This document shows positions 29,569-40,204 of a DNA stretch of 64,000 bases, in pieces. The notes under the pieces were generated by a model. The model saw only the letters and a list, made by a program, of their open reading frames with translations, searched no databases and was not told the origin of the DNA. Both the position numbers and the translations under genes were made by a program. This DNA is from Candidatus Uhrbacteria bacterium (lineage in GTDB: Bacteria; Patescibacteriota; Patescibacteriia; UBA9934), in the NCBI GenBank assembly GCA_963822405.1, contig CAWGHH010000001.1, positions 87,296 through 151,295 of the forward strand, read 5' to 3'. Numbering within the stretch: position 1 is the stretch's first letter; every line of letters starts with the position of its first letter.

Positions 29569-29603
29569 ACGGAAGGTTTTACGTGGGGTATGCTTAGTCA
29601 TAT

Positions 29604-31063
29604 ATGTCAGCTCTCGCAAAAAATTCAGCTTTACAAATTGGCGGTAAATTATTTGGGACAGTTTTTGGCCTCATCACTTTTTTCTTACTGCTTCAGTACT
29701 TCGGCACAGAGGGTTACGGTTTGCTGACTACGGCCATGACTTACGTGGCTATTTTTGGAGTGGTGGTGGACTTTGGTTTGACCTTGACTACTACGCAGAT
29801 GATTTCTGAGCGTGGGGCAGATGAGGAGAAGATTTTGGGGAACTTACTAACTTTGCGTGTGCTGTCGGCTTTGGTTTTTATGGCCATTGCGCCAGTGACT
29901 GCGCTCTTTGTGCCGGGTGTTAAGGAGGTTGTACTTTTGGTATGCATAGCTACTGGCTCGTCATTTTTTGCATCAGTTGGCCAGACGTATATTGGAGTTT
30001 TTCAAAAACGTTTACAGCTTGGCGCACCAGTTTTGGGCGAGATGCTGAATAGGTTGATCGCTTTGAGCTGGGTTATTGCTGCCGGCGTTTTACACCTCAC
30101 ATTATTTTACGCATCACTCGGATTCTTCGTGGGTGGCTTCGTCCAGCTTTGCATTATGCTTCTTGGGACGGCTCGATTTGTAAAACTTCGTCCTAGATTT
30201 GAATGGCATGTTTGGCGAGATGTTCTAGTTAGAAGTTGGCCGATTGGCATTTCTATCTTTTTTAATCTTTTGTACTTGAAGGGCGATATTCTGTTCATGG
30301 CCGTTCTGCTGGATCCAGCCAGGCGGTTTATTGAAATCGGACAGTATGGTTCCGCGTATAAAGTGGTAGACGTGATGACCATGGTGCCAGTTACTTTCAT
30401 GGGTCTCATGTTGCCGATCTTAACTTTGGCCTGGAGCGAGAGGAACCGGGAGAAATTTGATCGTAGCCTCCAAAACACATTTGATATTTTTGCGCTGATT
30501 GCCATTCCGTTTGCAGTTGGCGCAGTTATGCTCGGCGTGCCGGTAATGACAGCGGTCAAGCCTGACTTGATCCTTGCTGGTCAGGTGTTGGCGATTCTTG
30601 GTCGGCAGCCGCCATTGTATTCTTCAACTCGCTGTACGGCCATGCGGTGGTAGCTGTAAAGAAACAGAAGATTATGACTTTGGCGTACTTAGTGGTGGCC
30701 GTAGTTGCCATAGTTGGCTACGTCCTTTACATTCCTATTTACGGCGCCTGGGCAGCGGCTTGGGTGACCTTGCTGTCCGAGTCATTGATCGGTCTGTTTG
30801 CGTTCATAGTTGTTTCAATGACTACCAAGCGTTTGCCGAACTTGAAAATGACCGCTCGTGCAGTTGTCTCGACCATTGCTATGGCGGGGGTGATCGGATT
30901 TTTCACTTCTCGGTATGACGCTACGGCAAACCCAGCCTTAGCAGCCTTTATTGTAGTGACCGGTATCATTGTTTACGCTGCAGCTATTTCTGTTTTAGGC
31001 GGACCACGGCCACAAATGATTGCTAAATTGTTCCTACCCGAGAAACCAACAGGGAGTGTATGA
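29604..31063 (+). pseudogene. wzx: Wzx-type polysaccharide/oligosaccharide flippase (MOP superfamily) split by a -1 frameshift near 30597-30602
   Basis: Polysaccharide-biosynthesis-protein N-terminus plus the typical C-terminal helices. Frames join as ...LAILG|SAAAIVFFNSLYGHA...; the two parts total about 487 aa. Confidence 0.55.
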
Positions 31064-32279
31064 CCATGATTATTGTTCTTCTCGTTTCAATTTCTTTTGC
31101 ATATTTAACATATCGCGACTTTAAGCTCGCGCTTTTTGTTCTCTTGGCGCTCTTGCCAACCTACCTGATTCGTTTTTCGATCGGCCCCGTGCCGACTACA
31201 TTACTCGAGTGCCTAGTGCTCATAGCTATCGGGTTTTGGTTCGTTCGAGAGAATGGTTTTAAGCTCGATTTCTTACGGACAATGGCCCGTATCGAGTTCC
31301 GATTTTGCTTCTGCTCGCCGCTTCCTGTTTTTCGGTAGTCGTCGCGCCTGATGTATTTTCCGCACTTGGTATTTGGAAAGCCTATTTTATCGAGCCGATA
31401 CTTTTGTTCTTCGTGTTTCGGTCTACGTTTACCGAACGCAAAGATTGGGAATACGGATTTTTCGCTCTTGGTGGTACGGTTATCGTTTTGTCGATCTTCG
31501 CAGTCGTCCAACGACTCACTGGCTTTGGTATCCCAACCCCCTGGGACATTGAACTCAGGGCTACGAGTTTCTTCGATTTCCCCAACGCTCTCGGATTATT
31601 CGCCGCACCAATTACATCCGCGGCCTTGGTGTATGGGTTTGGCGTCGCCAAACCCGTACGCCGCGGATTTGCTTTCGCCATCGCTCTCCTCGGCTTCCTC
31701 GCCTGCCTCCTCTCCCAAACTGAGGCAGCTTTTGTTGCGATCCCCGCATCTCTCCTTTTGGTTCTCTTTGCGTCGAGCGTCCCTTCGGGATACAAAGCGT
31801 GGATCGGCTCGGCGGTTCTTCTCCTCGGTTTTGTTGCCTTCATGTTTGTTCCCATCATTCACGAGAAACTTCTTCTCCAGGATTTATCTGGTCAGGCTCG
31901 CTTAGCCCAGTGGAGCGAAACTTCATCGTACCTGAAGACTCACTGGTTAACGGGCGCTGGTCTTTCCGGCTATCCCTCGGCCATTAAGCCGTATCACGAT
32001 CCTCGAGTGTTCGAAATCTTCCAGTTCCCGCATAATGTCATTTTGAATTTCTGGGTCGAGCTTGGATTGCTCGGCGTTATCGCATTCGTCGCGTTTATTG
32101 TGGTGGTGGTGCGACGAATGGTCACGGCAAGTCGCGACCGTACAACGCAGGCAGATATATTCGTCCTCATGGCCTTCGCCGCTCTTTCGACAATGTTCAT
32201 CCACGGCCTCGTTGACGTGCCATTTTTCAAGAATGATCTAGCGATACTCGCAGCATTTTTCTTGGCAATGGTGTTATAA
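31060..32279 (+). pseudogene. O-antigen ligase/polymerase (Wzy/WaaL) family membrane protein, probably frameshifted near 31263-31300
   Basis: Multiple TM helices and an ETAAFVAIP-like loop. The 92-aa and 324-aa ORFs overlap in two open frames, and the second starts at TTG. Confidence 0.4.
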
Positions 32280-32291
32280 TCGACCGGTAAT

Positions 32292-34127
32292 ATGATCCCT
32301 CTTCTTCGCCGAGCTTTTTCAGGTATTTTATTGCTTTCTACGCTTTTTCTTGGCGTTCCTCTCTCAGTTTCAGCTGCGTCAATGCCATATTCGGCTCTTC
32401 GAGTTACAACGACCGGTGGCGGGAATATTTCGATGACTCCAGGCGAAGTTAAGAATATCGCGGTTACTTTCCAAAACAAGGGCTCGCAAACATGGGTGAA
32501 TGACGGCAACGGTTATATTTCGCTTTACACCTACGGTCCAAAGTATCGGGCGAGTGTTTTTGATCCCGGTTCTTGGCTTTCGCCATCGCAGGTCAAGCGG
32601 CTGAGCGAGTCGACAGTTAAAACTGGAGCTGTTGGAACTATTTCGTTTACCTTGAAAGCACCAAAGACAGTTGGGAGCTATAAGGAAACCTTTGCTCTTG
32701 CCGCTGAGAATCTTAACTGGGTTTCGGGCGGTGATTTTACGTTTAATATCACGGTTGCTAACAAGACCGTGTCGACTCCGGTAGTTTCGGCAACTCCGTC
32801 GACGCCTATCGCGCCATCTACTTCTGGTATTTCTGGTTACTCCGCCTCTATCGTCACCCAATCGGCGACGAAACTAAAGGTTCTGGCTAAGAAACCTGTT
32901 TCATTTTCGGTCGTCGTCAAAAATACCGGGACAACTACCTGGAAAGATGTCGGCATAACGGCGCCAGATCTCAATATGGCCTCGGGCGCGAGTGATTTTC
33001 GACACGCCAGTTGGCAAGGTCAACAAGTCGTTCTTTTGACGCAGAAAGTTAAGCCTGGCGAGACCGCGGCCATGCAATTTTTCTTCACCGCACCAAATGT
33101 AAATGGTATTTCAACCGCGAAGTTCCAAATAATGGCGGACGATTTGAATATCCCTGGTACTTTTGTCGAGATACCCGTTGAGGTGACGGGCGGCTCGGCT
33201 GAAGCGGTCGTCGCGCCGACCAACGAGAATATCACGCCGGCATTGCAACAGATCGACGAGCCAACTATCCGCGTTGGCGTCTTAATTGTCGACGATGAAA
33301 CGAAAGATGAGGTGGTGATTACGTCGTATGAAAGCGATTTCGATCTGACCGACGACGCAGGTACGGCGCTTGGTTCATACTCGAAGGGCACAGAGGTGCA
33401 CGCGGCTTGGGACGGCTCGAACTACTTATACAATGACGGCGCACACAAGAAGAGCGCTAAACCTCTGCGCTTTGTTCCGAAAACTCCGAACGCGGTCATG
33501 ACGATTACGAATTTTGATCGTCGAGTAACTCGCGGCACGTCATTCGCCAACAATACATTCCGCAATGTCCTCGAGCTTCGTTACAACGTCCCAAATGATC
33601 GAACCTGGGTAATAAATGAACTGCCCGTCGAGTTCTATCTTCGCGGTTTGGCCGAAACTTCTGATTTGTCGCATCCAGAATTTCAGAAAACTCTTTTAAC
33701 TGCCGCTCGAACTTACGCGTTTTATCACTGGACCCACGCCACCAAGCACAAATCAGAAGGCTTTCACGTAGACGCCTACCAGGATCAAGTTTATTGGGGC
33801 TACGGACAGGAAGAACGAACGCCTCGAATAACTGCTGGCGTCATCGCGACTCGCGGAATGATCGTCACTTATAACGGCGACACCGCGGTCACTTCTTTCT
33901 TCTCGCGTTCCGATGGCAGAACTCGTAATTGGTCAGAAGTTTGGGGCGGTAACGTTCCGTATGCAGTGTCCGTTCCAGTTCCTTGTGACGTCGGCAAAAC
34001 CCTCTGGGGACATGGTGTGGGTATGTCCGCTTCCGGCGCTCTCTGCATGGCCAAAGATGGCCAGGACTGGAAATCTATCCTGAAATACTTTTATACGGGA
34101 GTTGAGGTGAACCAGAAATGGCAATAA
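32292..34127 (+). CDS. Secreted SpoIID/LytB-domain protein with N-terminal Ig-like repeats
   Basis: C-terminal ...AARTYAFYH...GFHVDAYQDQVYWGY...SFFSRSDGRTRNWSEVWGG...HGVGMSASGALCMA matches the SpoIID/LytB domain. Confidence 0.65.
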   Translation: MIPLLRRAFSGILLLSTLFLGVPLSVSAASMPYSALRVTTTGGGNISMTPGEVKNIAVTFQNKGSQTWVNDGNGYISLYTYGPKYRASVFDPGSWLSPSQVKRLSESTVKTGAVGTISFTLKAPKTVGSYKETFALAAENLNWVSGGDFTFNITVANKTVSTPVVSATPSTPIAPSTSGISGYSASIVTQSATKLKVLAKKPVSFSVVVKNTGTTTWKDVGITAPDLNMASGASDFRHASWQGQQVVLLTQKVKPGETAAMQFFFTAPNVNGISTAKFQIMADDLNIPGTFVEIPVEVTGGSAEAVVAPTNENITPALQQIDEPTIRVGVLIVDDETKDEVVITSYESDFDLTDDAGTALGSYSKGTEVHAAWDGSNYLYNDGAHKKSAKPLRFVPKTPNAVMTITNFDRRVTRGTSFANNTFRNVLELRYNVPNDRTWVINELPVEFYLRGLAETSDLSHPEFQKTLLTAARTYAFYHWTHATKHKSEGFHVDAYQDQVYWGYGQEERTPRITAGVIATRGMIVTYNGDTAVTSFFSRSDGRTRNWSEVWGGNVPYAVSVPVPCDVGKTLWGHGVGMSASGALCMAKDGQDWKSILKYFYTGVEVNQKWQ

Positions 34128-34129
34128 CA

Positions 34130-34163
34130 AAAACGAGCTCCTCGCGGGGCTCGTTTTAATTTT
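34130..34163. terminator. Bidirectional hairpin AACGAGC...GCTCGTT
   Basis: Between convergent genes. Confidence 0.5.
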
Positions 34164-34737
34164 AGTTTCTTTCCAACTTCTCTTCGTATGACATTTCTCG
34201 GTGACGATGGGTCGTTTTGCAGGTTTCGACCATGCCACTGATTAATACTTTGATCTCGTCTGGGTTATCAATATTTTTGAACTGGAACCTTTCTTTCTCG
34301 GCGGCTGTTTGAATGTAGACATTGCCGAAGGTAAGAAAGGTTTGGAGAGGGCCGGTCATTTCGCTCGTAATATCTTGAATCTGGCGCAGGTGCATTTCCG
34401 AGATAACTCGGTGAAACAGACCGAACTGTTCTGTATTAATGATGCGCTCGGTAGTTACAATCCAGACGTCCAGCCAGTAATCAGTAATTTCAGTGATCGT
34501 GAGCATGAAGACAATGAGCAGGTAGCCCATGAAAACTATACTCGCCACAGGACCCCAGATAGGATCAGCAAAAACGTCATTTTTTGTGAAAGAGAAGAAG
34601 ATCAGCACGGCAATAGGCACTACCATGAGCATGGCCGTGAAGACGAACATGCGGACTACCTCAACCCAATGTCGGCGTAGCATGATAACGGATTTTTCTT
34701 CGGGCTGACTGTTTGGCAGTTCTGTTAAGCGCATCAT
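34162..34737 (-). CDS. Membrane protein with a bacterial PH (YdbS/bPH_2-like) domain
   Basis: Two TM helices followed by a soluble domain, the usual layout of this family. Confidence 0.35.
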   Translation of the reverse strand: MMRLTELPNSQPEEKSVIMLRRHWVEVVRMFVFTAMLMVVPIAVLIFFSFTKNDVFADPIWGPVASIVFMGYLLIVFMLTITEITDYWLDVWIVTTERIINTEQFGLFHRVISEMHLRQIQDITSEMTGPLQTFLTFGNVYIQTAAEKERFQFKNIDNPDEIKVLISGMVETCKTTHRHREMSYEEKLERN

Positions 34738-35003
34738 AAGCCGTAGATATTGGTTGCCGGAGTATTGATGTTGAGGATGGCAATCGGATCAATCTTTTGA
34801 TTCCAGTCATATCTACTGAACAGAAGCGTGCTGGTCCCGATGATGAATGCAAAGCCAATGATGTAAACCGCAACGATGGCTTGCGTGGCTGTAGACTCGA
34901 TACCAAATCTGACTATGTGAAAGACGTTAAAGAAAACAAATAAAGCTGAAACTAGCACAACAACCACGAACGGAATAAGAAAATACACTACAGGGAAGGG
35001 CAT
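34734..35003 (-). CDS. Small membrane protein
   Basis: ATGA overlap with the downstream gene; three hydrophobic helices. Confidence 0.4.
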   Translation of the reverse strand: MPFPVVYFLIPFVVVVLVSALFVFFNVFHIVRFGIESTATQAIVAVYIIGFAFIIGTSTLLFSRYDWNQKIDPIAILNINTPATNIYGL

Positions 35004-35027
35004 ATATACAAGAATTGTAGCACGCGG

Positions 35028-35621
35028 TTACCCATTGTTCCGACAGAACTCCTCGATTAGTGTTCTGACCGTATTTACGCGTTCTTCCCAATATGGTGTT
35101 TGAGGAACAATTCGCAAAGCAGGATGAGCTGACCAGGCGCGTAGAGTTCGTTTGCCACTTTCAAGCGCAGATTCATGGGTTAACTCTTGGCGTTGGGGGT
35201 TATTTGAGGCGTATCGACTGAATATTTCTTTGTCAGGCATTTCAAGATAAATGACCAGATCATACCTGGCATATGCTTGATCAATAGTCATTCCGGTCAC
35301 TTGAAGGAATTCCTCTGGTCCACTCATGTACGCCATGGTGTCTGGCAGAGCTCGATCTAAAACGATGAACGATTTGCCGGTATTTTGAGCGTGAACATCT
35401 CCAAGATGTTCGAACGTTAAGAGTGCCTCACCAAAGTGACGGTTAAAAGCTAGTAGAGGTTGGCCGACCGTTGGCGAGACTACCCCCAAACCAAAAATTA
35501 GTGACGCGCCTTCTTTTTGAAAATATAGTTGAGGCATTTCTGCGCGCAGTAGATCCGTAGCGGCTGTTTTTCCGCTACATGGTTCGCCGGTAATCACTAT
35601 TCGTCGTAGACGATTCCTCAT
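35028..35621 (-). CDS. P-loop NTPase (AAA_28/kinase-like)
   Basis: Walker A motif [10 protein letters not shown]. Confidence 0.45.
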   Translation of the reverse strand: MRNRLRRIVITGEPCSGKTAATDLLRAEMPQLYFQKEGASLIFGLGVVSPTVGQPLLAFNRHFGEALLTFEHLGDVHAQNTGKSFIVLDRALPDTMAYMSGPEEFLQVTGMTIDQAYARYDLVIYLEMPDKEIFSRYASNNPQRQELTHESALESGKRTLRAWSAHPALRIVPQTPYWEERVNTVRTLIEEFCRNNG

Positions 35622-36654
35622 AGCAACGAATCTTTTGAAGCAGTTTTGATCCCAAGATGTTCGTAGGCACGTGACGTGGCCATTCGACCGCGAGGGGTGC
35701 GTTCGAGAAATCCTAATTGCAATAAGAACGGTTCGTAAATTTCTTCGATTGTCTCCGTTTCTTCCTGGGTGGCAGCGGCGAGGGTGCCGAGACCGACTGG
35801 TCCGCCATTAAACTTTTCGATTAGCGTTAAAAGTAGATGTCGGTCTACATTGTCGAGTCCAAGCGGGTCGATCGACAGCATAGTTAGTGCGTCATTGGCG
35901 ACCGCTTCCGTAATAGACCCGTCGTGTTTGATTTGGGCGAAGTCGCGAACACGCTTGAGGAGTCGATTCGCAATGCGCGGGGTTCGACGCGCGCGGTCAG
36001 CAATGGCTTGAGCAGCGGGGGAGTCAATTTCAACTTCGAGGATCCCGGCTGAGCGCGTAACGATTCTTCCCATGTCCTCTTGGTTGTAGAAGTTAAGGTG
36101 GAAGGTCGAGCCGAACCGGTCGCGCAGTGGTGACGACAAGAGCGAGAGGCGAGTTGTCGCGCCGATGATGGTGAATGGTTCGAGGCCGAGCCGCAGCGTT
36201 CGCGCCGAAGCGTCCTTTGCCGACGACTAAGTCAAGCGCGTAATCCTCCATGGCCGGATAAAGTACTTCTTCGATCGTCTTATTCATCCGGTGAATTTCG
36301 TCGATAAACAATACGTCACCTTTGGCTAGATTCGACAAAATAGCCGCCAGATCACCGACTCTTTCGAGTGCCTGCCCGCTCGTAATCCGCACATTCGCGC
36401 CCATCTCGCGTGCAATAATATGGGCGAGTGTAGTTTTTCCGAGGCCAGGATTTCCGTATAACAAAATGTGTTCAAGTGGTTCGTTCTCGTTGCTTTGCGG
36501 CTTCGATGAATATGCCCAGGTTCGTCTTCAGTTCATCTTGCCCAATGAAATCACAAAGCCTCTCTGGCCGCAGGCCGAGTTCAATCTTCTGTTCTTCCTC
36601 GACCGCTTCTGGTGCTACTGCTCGAGGTTCTTCATTTACCTGCTCTTCAATCAT
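35618..36654 (-). pseudogene. ruvB: Holliday-junction helicase RuvB, in three ORF pieces separated by two +/-1 frameshifts (about 36200 and 36470)
   Basis: Pieces read ...[22 protein letters not shown] | [22 protein letters not shown]...DLVVGKG | [32 protein letters not shown]... when the frames are joined. Confidence 0.8.
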
Positions 36655-36736
36655 ACTTAGCTGAAGTTTACCCCAGTTTGGCTTTAATATAAAAACTTTT
36701 GTGTTCTTCTCCTACCTTTGGTAGTATTTCATCCAT

Positions 36737-36822
36737 GCCGGGATGGTGAAATGGCAGACACGAGGGCCTTAAGAGCCCTTATCCGAAAGGGTGTGCGGGT
36801 TCGAGTCCCGCTCCCGGTACCA
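36737..36822 (+). tRNA. tRNA-Leu (anticodon TAA), with a long variable arm and encoded CCA
   Basis: Acceptor GCCGGGA/TCCCGGT; anticodon stem AGGGC/GCCCT with loop CTTAAGA. Confidence 0.8.
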
Positions 36823-36928
36823 GAAGACCGAGCAGTAATGCGCGGTTTTTTGTATAGATGGGGTCAGGTCGGGATATGGAGCATTTGTGTTTTCGGTAGA
36901 TTTGTATTTCTGCTACACTCCTCCAGGT

Positions 36929-37402
36929 ATGCTAGCCGCTGAACCAAAATACCGCCCGAACGCCGCCATAATTGTGACGGATGGAAAGGGACATGTGCTC
37001 ATGTGTGAACGTAATGATTTGCAGTATGAGGGGACGTGGCAAACGCCCCAGGGAGGCATTGATAAAGGGGAAACTGCTCGCCAAGCAGCTGAACGAGAAC
37101 TTGCCGAAGAGCTCGGGCTCGCACCGGAAGAATTCGACATCATTGCAGAGTCGACGAAGAAATATAAGTATGAGTGGACAGCCACTTATCAGCTTTTGAA
37201 TCCATATCGTGAATTTGTTGGACAAGAACAGCAGTTTTTCTTAGCAAAAGTTCATCCAGACGCGCAATTTTATTTGGACACAGCCGGTCACGGTGAATTT
37301 AAGCAGGTAAAGTGGGGGAGTCCGGCCGATTTAGTTAAGTATTGTTGGTCCGCAAAACGCCCCGGAATCGAGGCGTCATTGCGCGAATTCGGATTATTGT
37401 AA
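36929..37402 (+). CDS. NUDIX hydrolase (RppH/NudH-like)
   Basis: Nudix box GGIDKGETARQAAERELAEELGL. Confidence 0.7.
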   Translation: MLAAEPKYRPNAAIIVTDGKGHVLMCERNDLQYEGTWQTPQGGIDKGETARQAAERELAEELGLAPEEFDIIAESTKKYKYEWTATYQLLNPYREFVGQEQQFFLAKVHPDAQFYLDTAGHGEFKQVKWGSPADLVKYCWSAKRPGIEASLREFGLL

Positions 37403-38473
37403 TTCTGTGGTAGGGGTCGACCCATGCGTCGACCCTCTTTGTATTTCGAGAATTCCCGTCGGCACGCCCAAATCGTCCATCATTGTCTGTGCCTTGTCAC
37501 CCGCGGCCGGCGACATCTGTCTCTTCTCCAGGTACATTGGTTCAAATTTAAGCGTCAATTTGTCAGCCTCAACAGTCATGCGTAACGCCATGCCCCTTTT
37601 TGTTTGCTCTGACCAATCTTGGTCGAATAGAAAATTTCCGAGCGAGTAAACAATCGGCACGCCGTTGTAGGTTTCGTAGGTTTCGACTATATGCGGATGT
37701 CCGCCAATAACTGCATCTGCGCCGGCGTCGACGAAGGCGTGCGCGGTTTTAACCTGCGAGCTCGACGGGTCATGTTCGTACTCCACGCCCCAGTGAGGCA
37801 TGACAATCACGAAATTTCCGGCTGCTTTTTCAGTTTTGATCGTCGCGAGAACTCCTTCCGAGGTTTCGTTGAAAGCGTGAAAACCGATGAACGCGAAGTT
37901 AATCCCGTTTACAGTTTTGTGGGCGACGAAATCACCGCTTTTCCACGGGTCGCCAAACGGCGTCATGCCATTGTCGATAATTGTTTGTCGAGTTAATTCT
38001 GTGGTCGTGTTTCCAAAATCATCAGTGTGGTTATTTGATAATGACAGGACGTCGAATCCGTGGCTCGCCAGCATTGTTACGTTGTTAGGAGTTGTATCGA
38101 ACAGCATGACATTTGTAACCTCAATGTTTTGTTTTTCGCGAACTGAACTTTCGAAATTACCAATCAACAAATCATTATTCGAAAGTAAATCCCCGACCTT
38201 TTCAAATATATAATCTTGTCCGTAAGTTTTGATGTATTGTTCAACGTTCCGCGCCATCATGATATCGCCCACAAATTCCAACGTCGTCGAGGTCGCGGTA
38301 GGGGTCGACCCATGCGTCGACCCTTCCTCACCCCGCATCCCCGCCACCTTCAGGTAATGGGTTTGAATGTGTTTGATTGGTTTTGCAATGGTAGTAAATG
38401 GGTCGACCAAAAGAAATCCGACGAGAATAGTCGAACCGAGACCAGTTAAGAGAAGCGAGGAGTTCTTGTTCAT
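37394..38473 (-). CDS. CapA/PgsA-family metallophosphatase, membrane anchored, with in-frame GSTHGSTP repeat insertions near both termini
   Basis: FVGDIM...NFES...SNNH..D.G...GGHPHIV...YSLGNFLFDQ motifs. The hairpin repeat occurs at 37413-37435 and 38301-38323. Confidence 0.65.
   Translation of the reverse strand: MNKNSSLLLTGLGSTILVGFLLVDPFTTIAKPIKHIQTHYLKVAGMRGEEGSTHGSTPTATSTTLEFVGDIMMARNVEQYIKTYGQDYIFEKVGDLLSNNDLLIGNFESSVREKQNIEVTNVMLFDTTPNNVTMLASHGFDVLSLSNNHTDDFGNTTTELTRQTIIDNGMTPFGDPWKSGDFVAHKTVNGINFAFIGFHAFNETSEGVLATIKTEKAAGNFVIVMPHWGVEYEHDPSSSQVKTAHAFVDAGADAVIGGHPHIVETYETYNGVPIVYSLGNFLFDQDWSEQTKRGMALRMTVEADKLTLKFEPMYLEKRQMSPAAGDKAQTMMDDLGVPTGILEIQRGSTHGSTPTTELQ
37413..37435. repeat. 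Hairpin repeat GGGGTCGACCCATGCGTCGACCC, copy 1 (inside the CapA ORF 3' end)
   Basis: 8-bp stem GGGTCGAC/GTCGACCC with loop CCATGC. Confidence 0.8.
38301..38323. repeat. Hairpin repeat, copy 2 (inside the CapA ORF 5' region)
   Basis: Same 23-mer preceded by GTA. Confidence 0.8.
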
Positions 38474-38485
38474 GAATAGAAAAGC

Positions 38486-39202
38486 CTACTCTGTTGGCGG
38501 AATAAATTCAATGCTTTTCACTAGTCGCTCAATATTTTCGGCTGGTTTATCGAACCCAGCTTTTCCCATAAAACGTTCATCAGATGCTGAATACATGTCG
38601 AGTGATACGCTGTCGATAGTCGTGTTAAACGCGGGGATCAGATAGGAAGAGCTACCAGCGCCTGAGAGTTTGGCAATTCCACCGGTTGCGATAGTTAGGT
38701 TTGAGCAGGTTGAGCTAGTGATGAAATTACCAGCCCAAGATGGCATGGTTGAACTTGATTCTCTTAGTAACGAACAAACATCAGCTTGGTTAACTTGATC
38801 CATCCACCGAGGGTCTGGTTGTACAAACCAAGAAAGGTCGCCCCAGTATCCCGCGTGACCAGTCGGCTCGACATATTCTGCCCCCATGAAGTACACCCGT
38901 TTAGGGTCATTCGATAAGCCGGTTTGCGAAAACGAGAAGAATACGCCACCATCACGCTTTTCAACGACGACCGTTCCATAGCTCTTCGGATAACCAAATC
39001 TGATGCCAAGAGCTGAGTTCTCATAAAGCATGGCCTCTGTTCCGGGAAGCTGATGCGCCGTGCCAACATTATACACAAGTGATTCGGCCGGTAATTCAGC
39101 GGGTGAAGTTGGCTTTGTCTTTGGGCCAAGGTTCGTATACATGATGAGAGCCAAGCCGGCGAGTATGCCCACGATCCCGAACAATAGAGAATAGCGCTTC
39201 AT
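38486..39202 (-). CDS. Membrane-anchored hypothetical protein
   Basis: Start placed at MKRYSLLFGIVGIL so that it does not overlap the tRNA. Confidence 0.45.
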   Translation of the reverse strand: MKRYSLLFGIVGILAGLALIMYTNLGPKTKPTSPAELPAESLVYNVGTAHQLPGTEAMLYENSALGIRFGYPKSYGTVVVEKRDGGVFFSFSQTGLSNDPKRVYFMGAEYVEPTGHAGYWGDLSWFVQPDPRWMDQVNQADVCSLLRESSSTMPSWAGNFITSSTCSNLTIATGGIAKLSGAGSSSYLIPAFNTTIDSVSLDMYSASDERFMGKAGFDKPAENIERLVKSIEFIPPTE

Positions 39203-39255
39203 ATATTTGTTTTCTCTATCATAACAAAAATACCTCGTTACCGAGATATTTTTGG

Positions 39256-39330
<75 letters not shown>

Positions 39331-39383
39331 GTTTCGGTCAATACATTAACATGCGACGTTTTCAGCGTCAAACGTTAGAAATA

Positions 39384-39824
39384 TTAGCGGTCTGCGAGTA
39401 GGCGAAGACGCGAGTTTGATCGTTCGAGCGTGCTGATACGAACTTCGTGGTTTAGGTGGCTCGATTCTAGGCGTTCGACAATTCCATGAGTTTTTATGGC
39501 GTAAACAGCCACTTCATCAAGGCACTCATCTATGCGGTCGATTTTTATCTCTAGTTGATCAACTTTTGTTTCTAGCTGGTCGAATCTCTGATCCATGATG
39601 TCGAATCTACAGTCCATTTTGTCAAATCTCTGATCCGTCACATCAAATCTCTGATCCATCACATCAAATCTCTGATCCATTACATCAAATCGCTGATCCA
39701 TCCGATCGAATTTGTGATCAACCAGATTGAATTTTTGATCAACAAGATCAAATCTCGAATTCATGTCTGACCGAAGATCGGTGATGCTTTTGAGAATTTC
39801 TTGATTAAGGGAAATTTCGTTCAT
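39384..39824 (-). CDS. Repetitive coiled-coil protein with about 8 heptad repeats (M/T)DQRFD(V/K/I)
   Basis: The ORF contains 21-bp tandem DNA repeats. Confidence 0.5.
   Translation of the reverse strand: MNEISLNQEILKSITDLRSDMNSRFDLVDQKFNLVDHKFDRMDQRFDVMDQRFDVMDQRFDVTDQRFDKMDCRFDIMDQRFDQLETKVDQLEIKIDRIDECLDEVAVYAIKTHGIVERLESSHLNHEVRISTLERSNSRLRLLADR
39598..39765. repeat. About 8 tandem copies of a 21-bp unit (CACATCAAATCTCTGATCCAT-like) within the CDS
   Basis: Read in sequence. Confidence 0.7.
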
Positions 39825-39913
39825 AGGAATATTTTCAGTCTACACGATCTATTTAGGCGAGTATAGCACCAGTTTAGGGCCGGAAAATCCGGCCCCTATT
39901 TGTGCGGAGAGGG

Positions 39914-40159
39914 CTATGCGGCGACAGGTACGGTGACGAAGTTGCGTGGGCGTATTCCTTCGATAGCTTGTTTCTTTAAGAGCCAGCTGATGCCTTGTTT
40001 GTTGCCACTCTTGTATTGTTCACGAGCAATTTCGTTAATGAAGCTGTAAATTTCATGCGCTATGTCTTCCGGCATGTCGAACTTCACCATTAATGCATTG
40101 TAGCGTTCTTCGAGAATGTCATACCAGGATTTCTTTGGGGTCTTGATTGAGTCGGTCAT
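39914..40159 (-). CDS. Small hypothetical protein
   Basis: 81-aa ORF. Confidence 0.35.
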   Translation of the reverse strand: MTDSIKTPKKSWYDILEERYNALMVKFDMPEDIAHEIYSFINEIAREQYKSGNKQGISWLLKKQAIEGIRPRNFVTVPVAA

Positions 40160-40169
40160 ATTTGAGGTT

Positions 40170-40192
40170 GGGGTCGACCCATGCGTCGACCC
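40170..40192. repeat. Hairpin repeat, copy 3 (intergenic, preceded by GAGGTT)
   Basis: Same 23-mer. Confidence 0.8.
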
Positions 40193-40204
40193 TTAGAATA
40201 ATTA

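Noticed and set aside
39598-39765. 21-bp tandem repeats as a CRISPR array
   Set aside because: There are no spacers. The repeats are contiguous, in frame, and encode a heptad protein.
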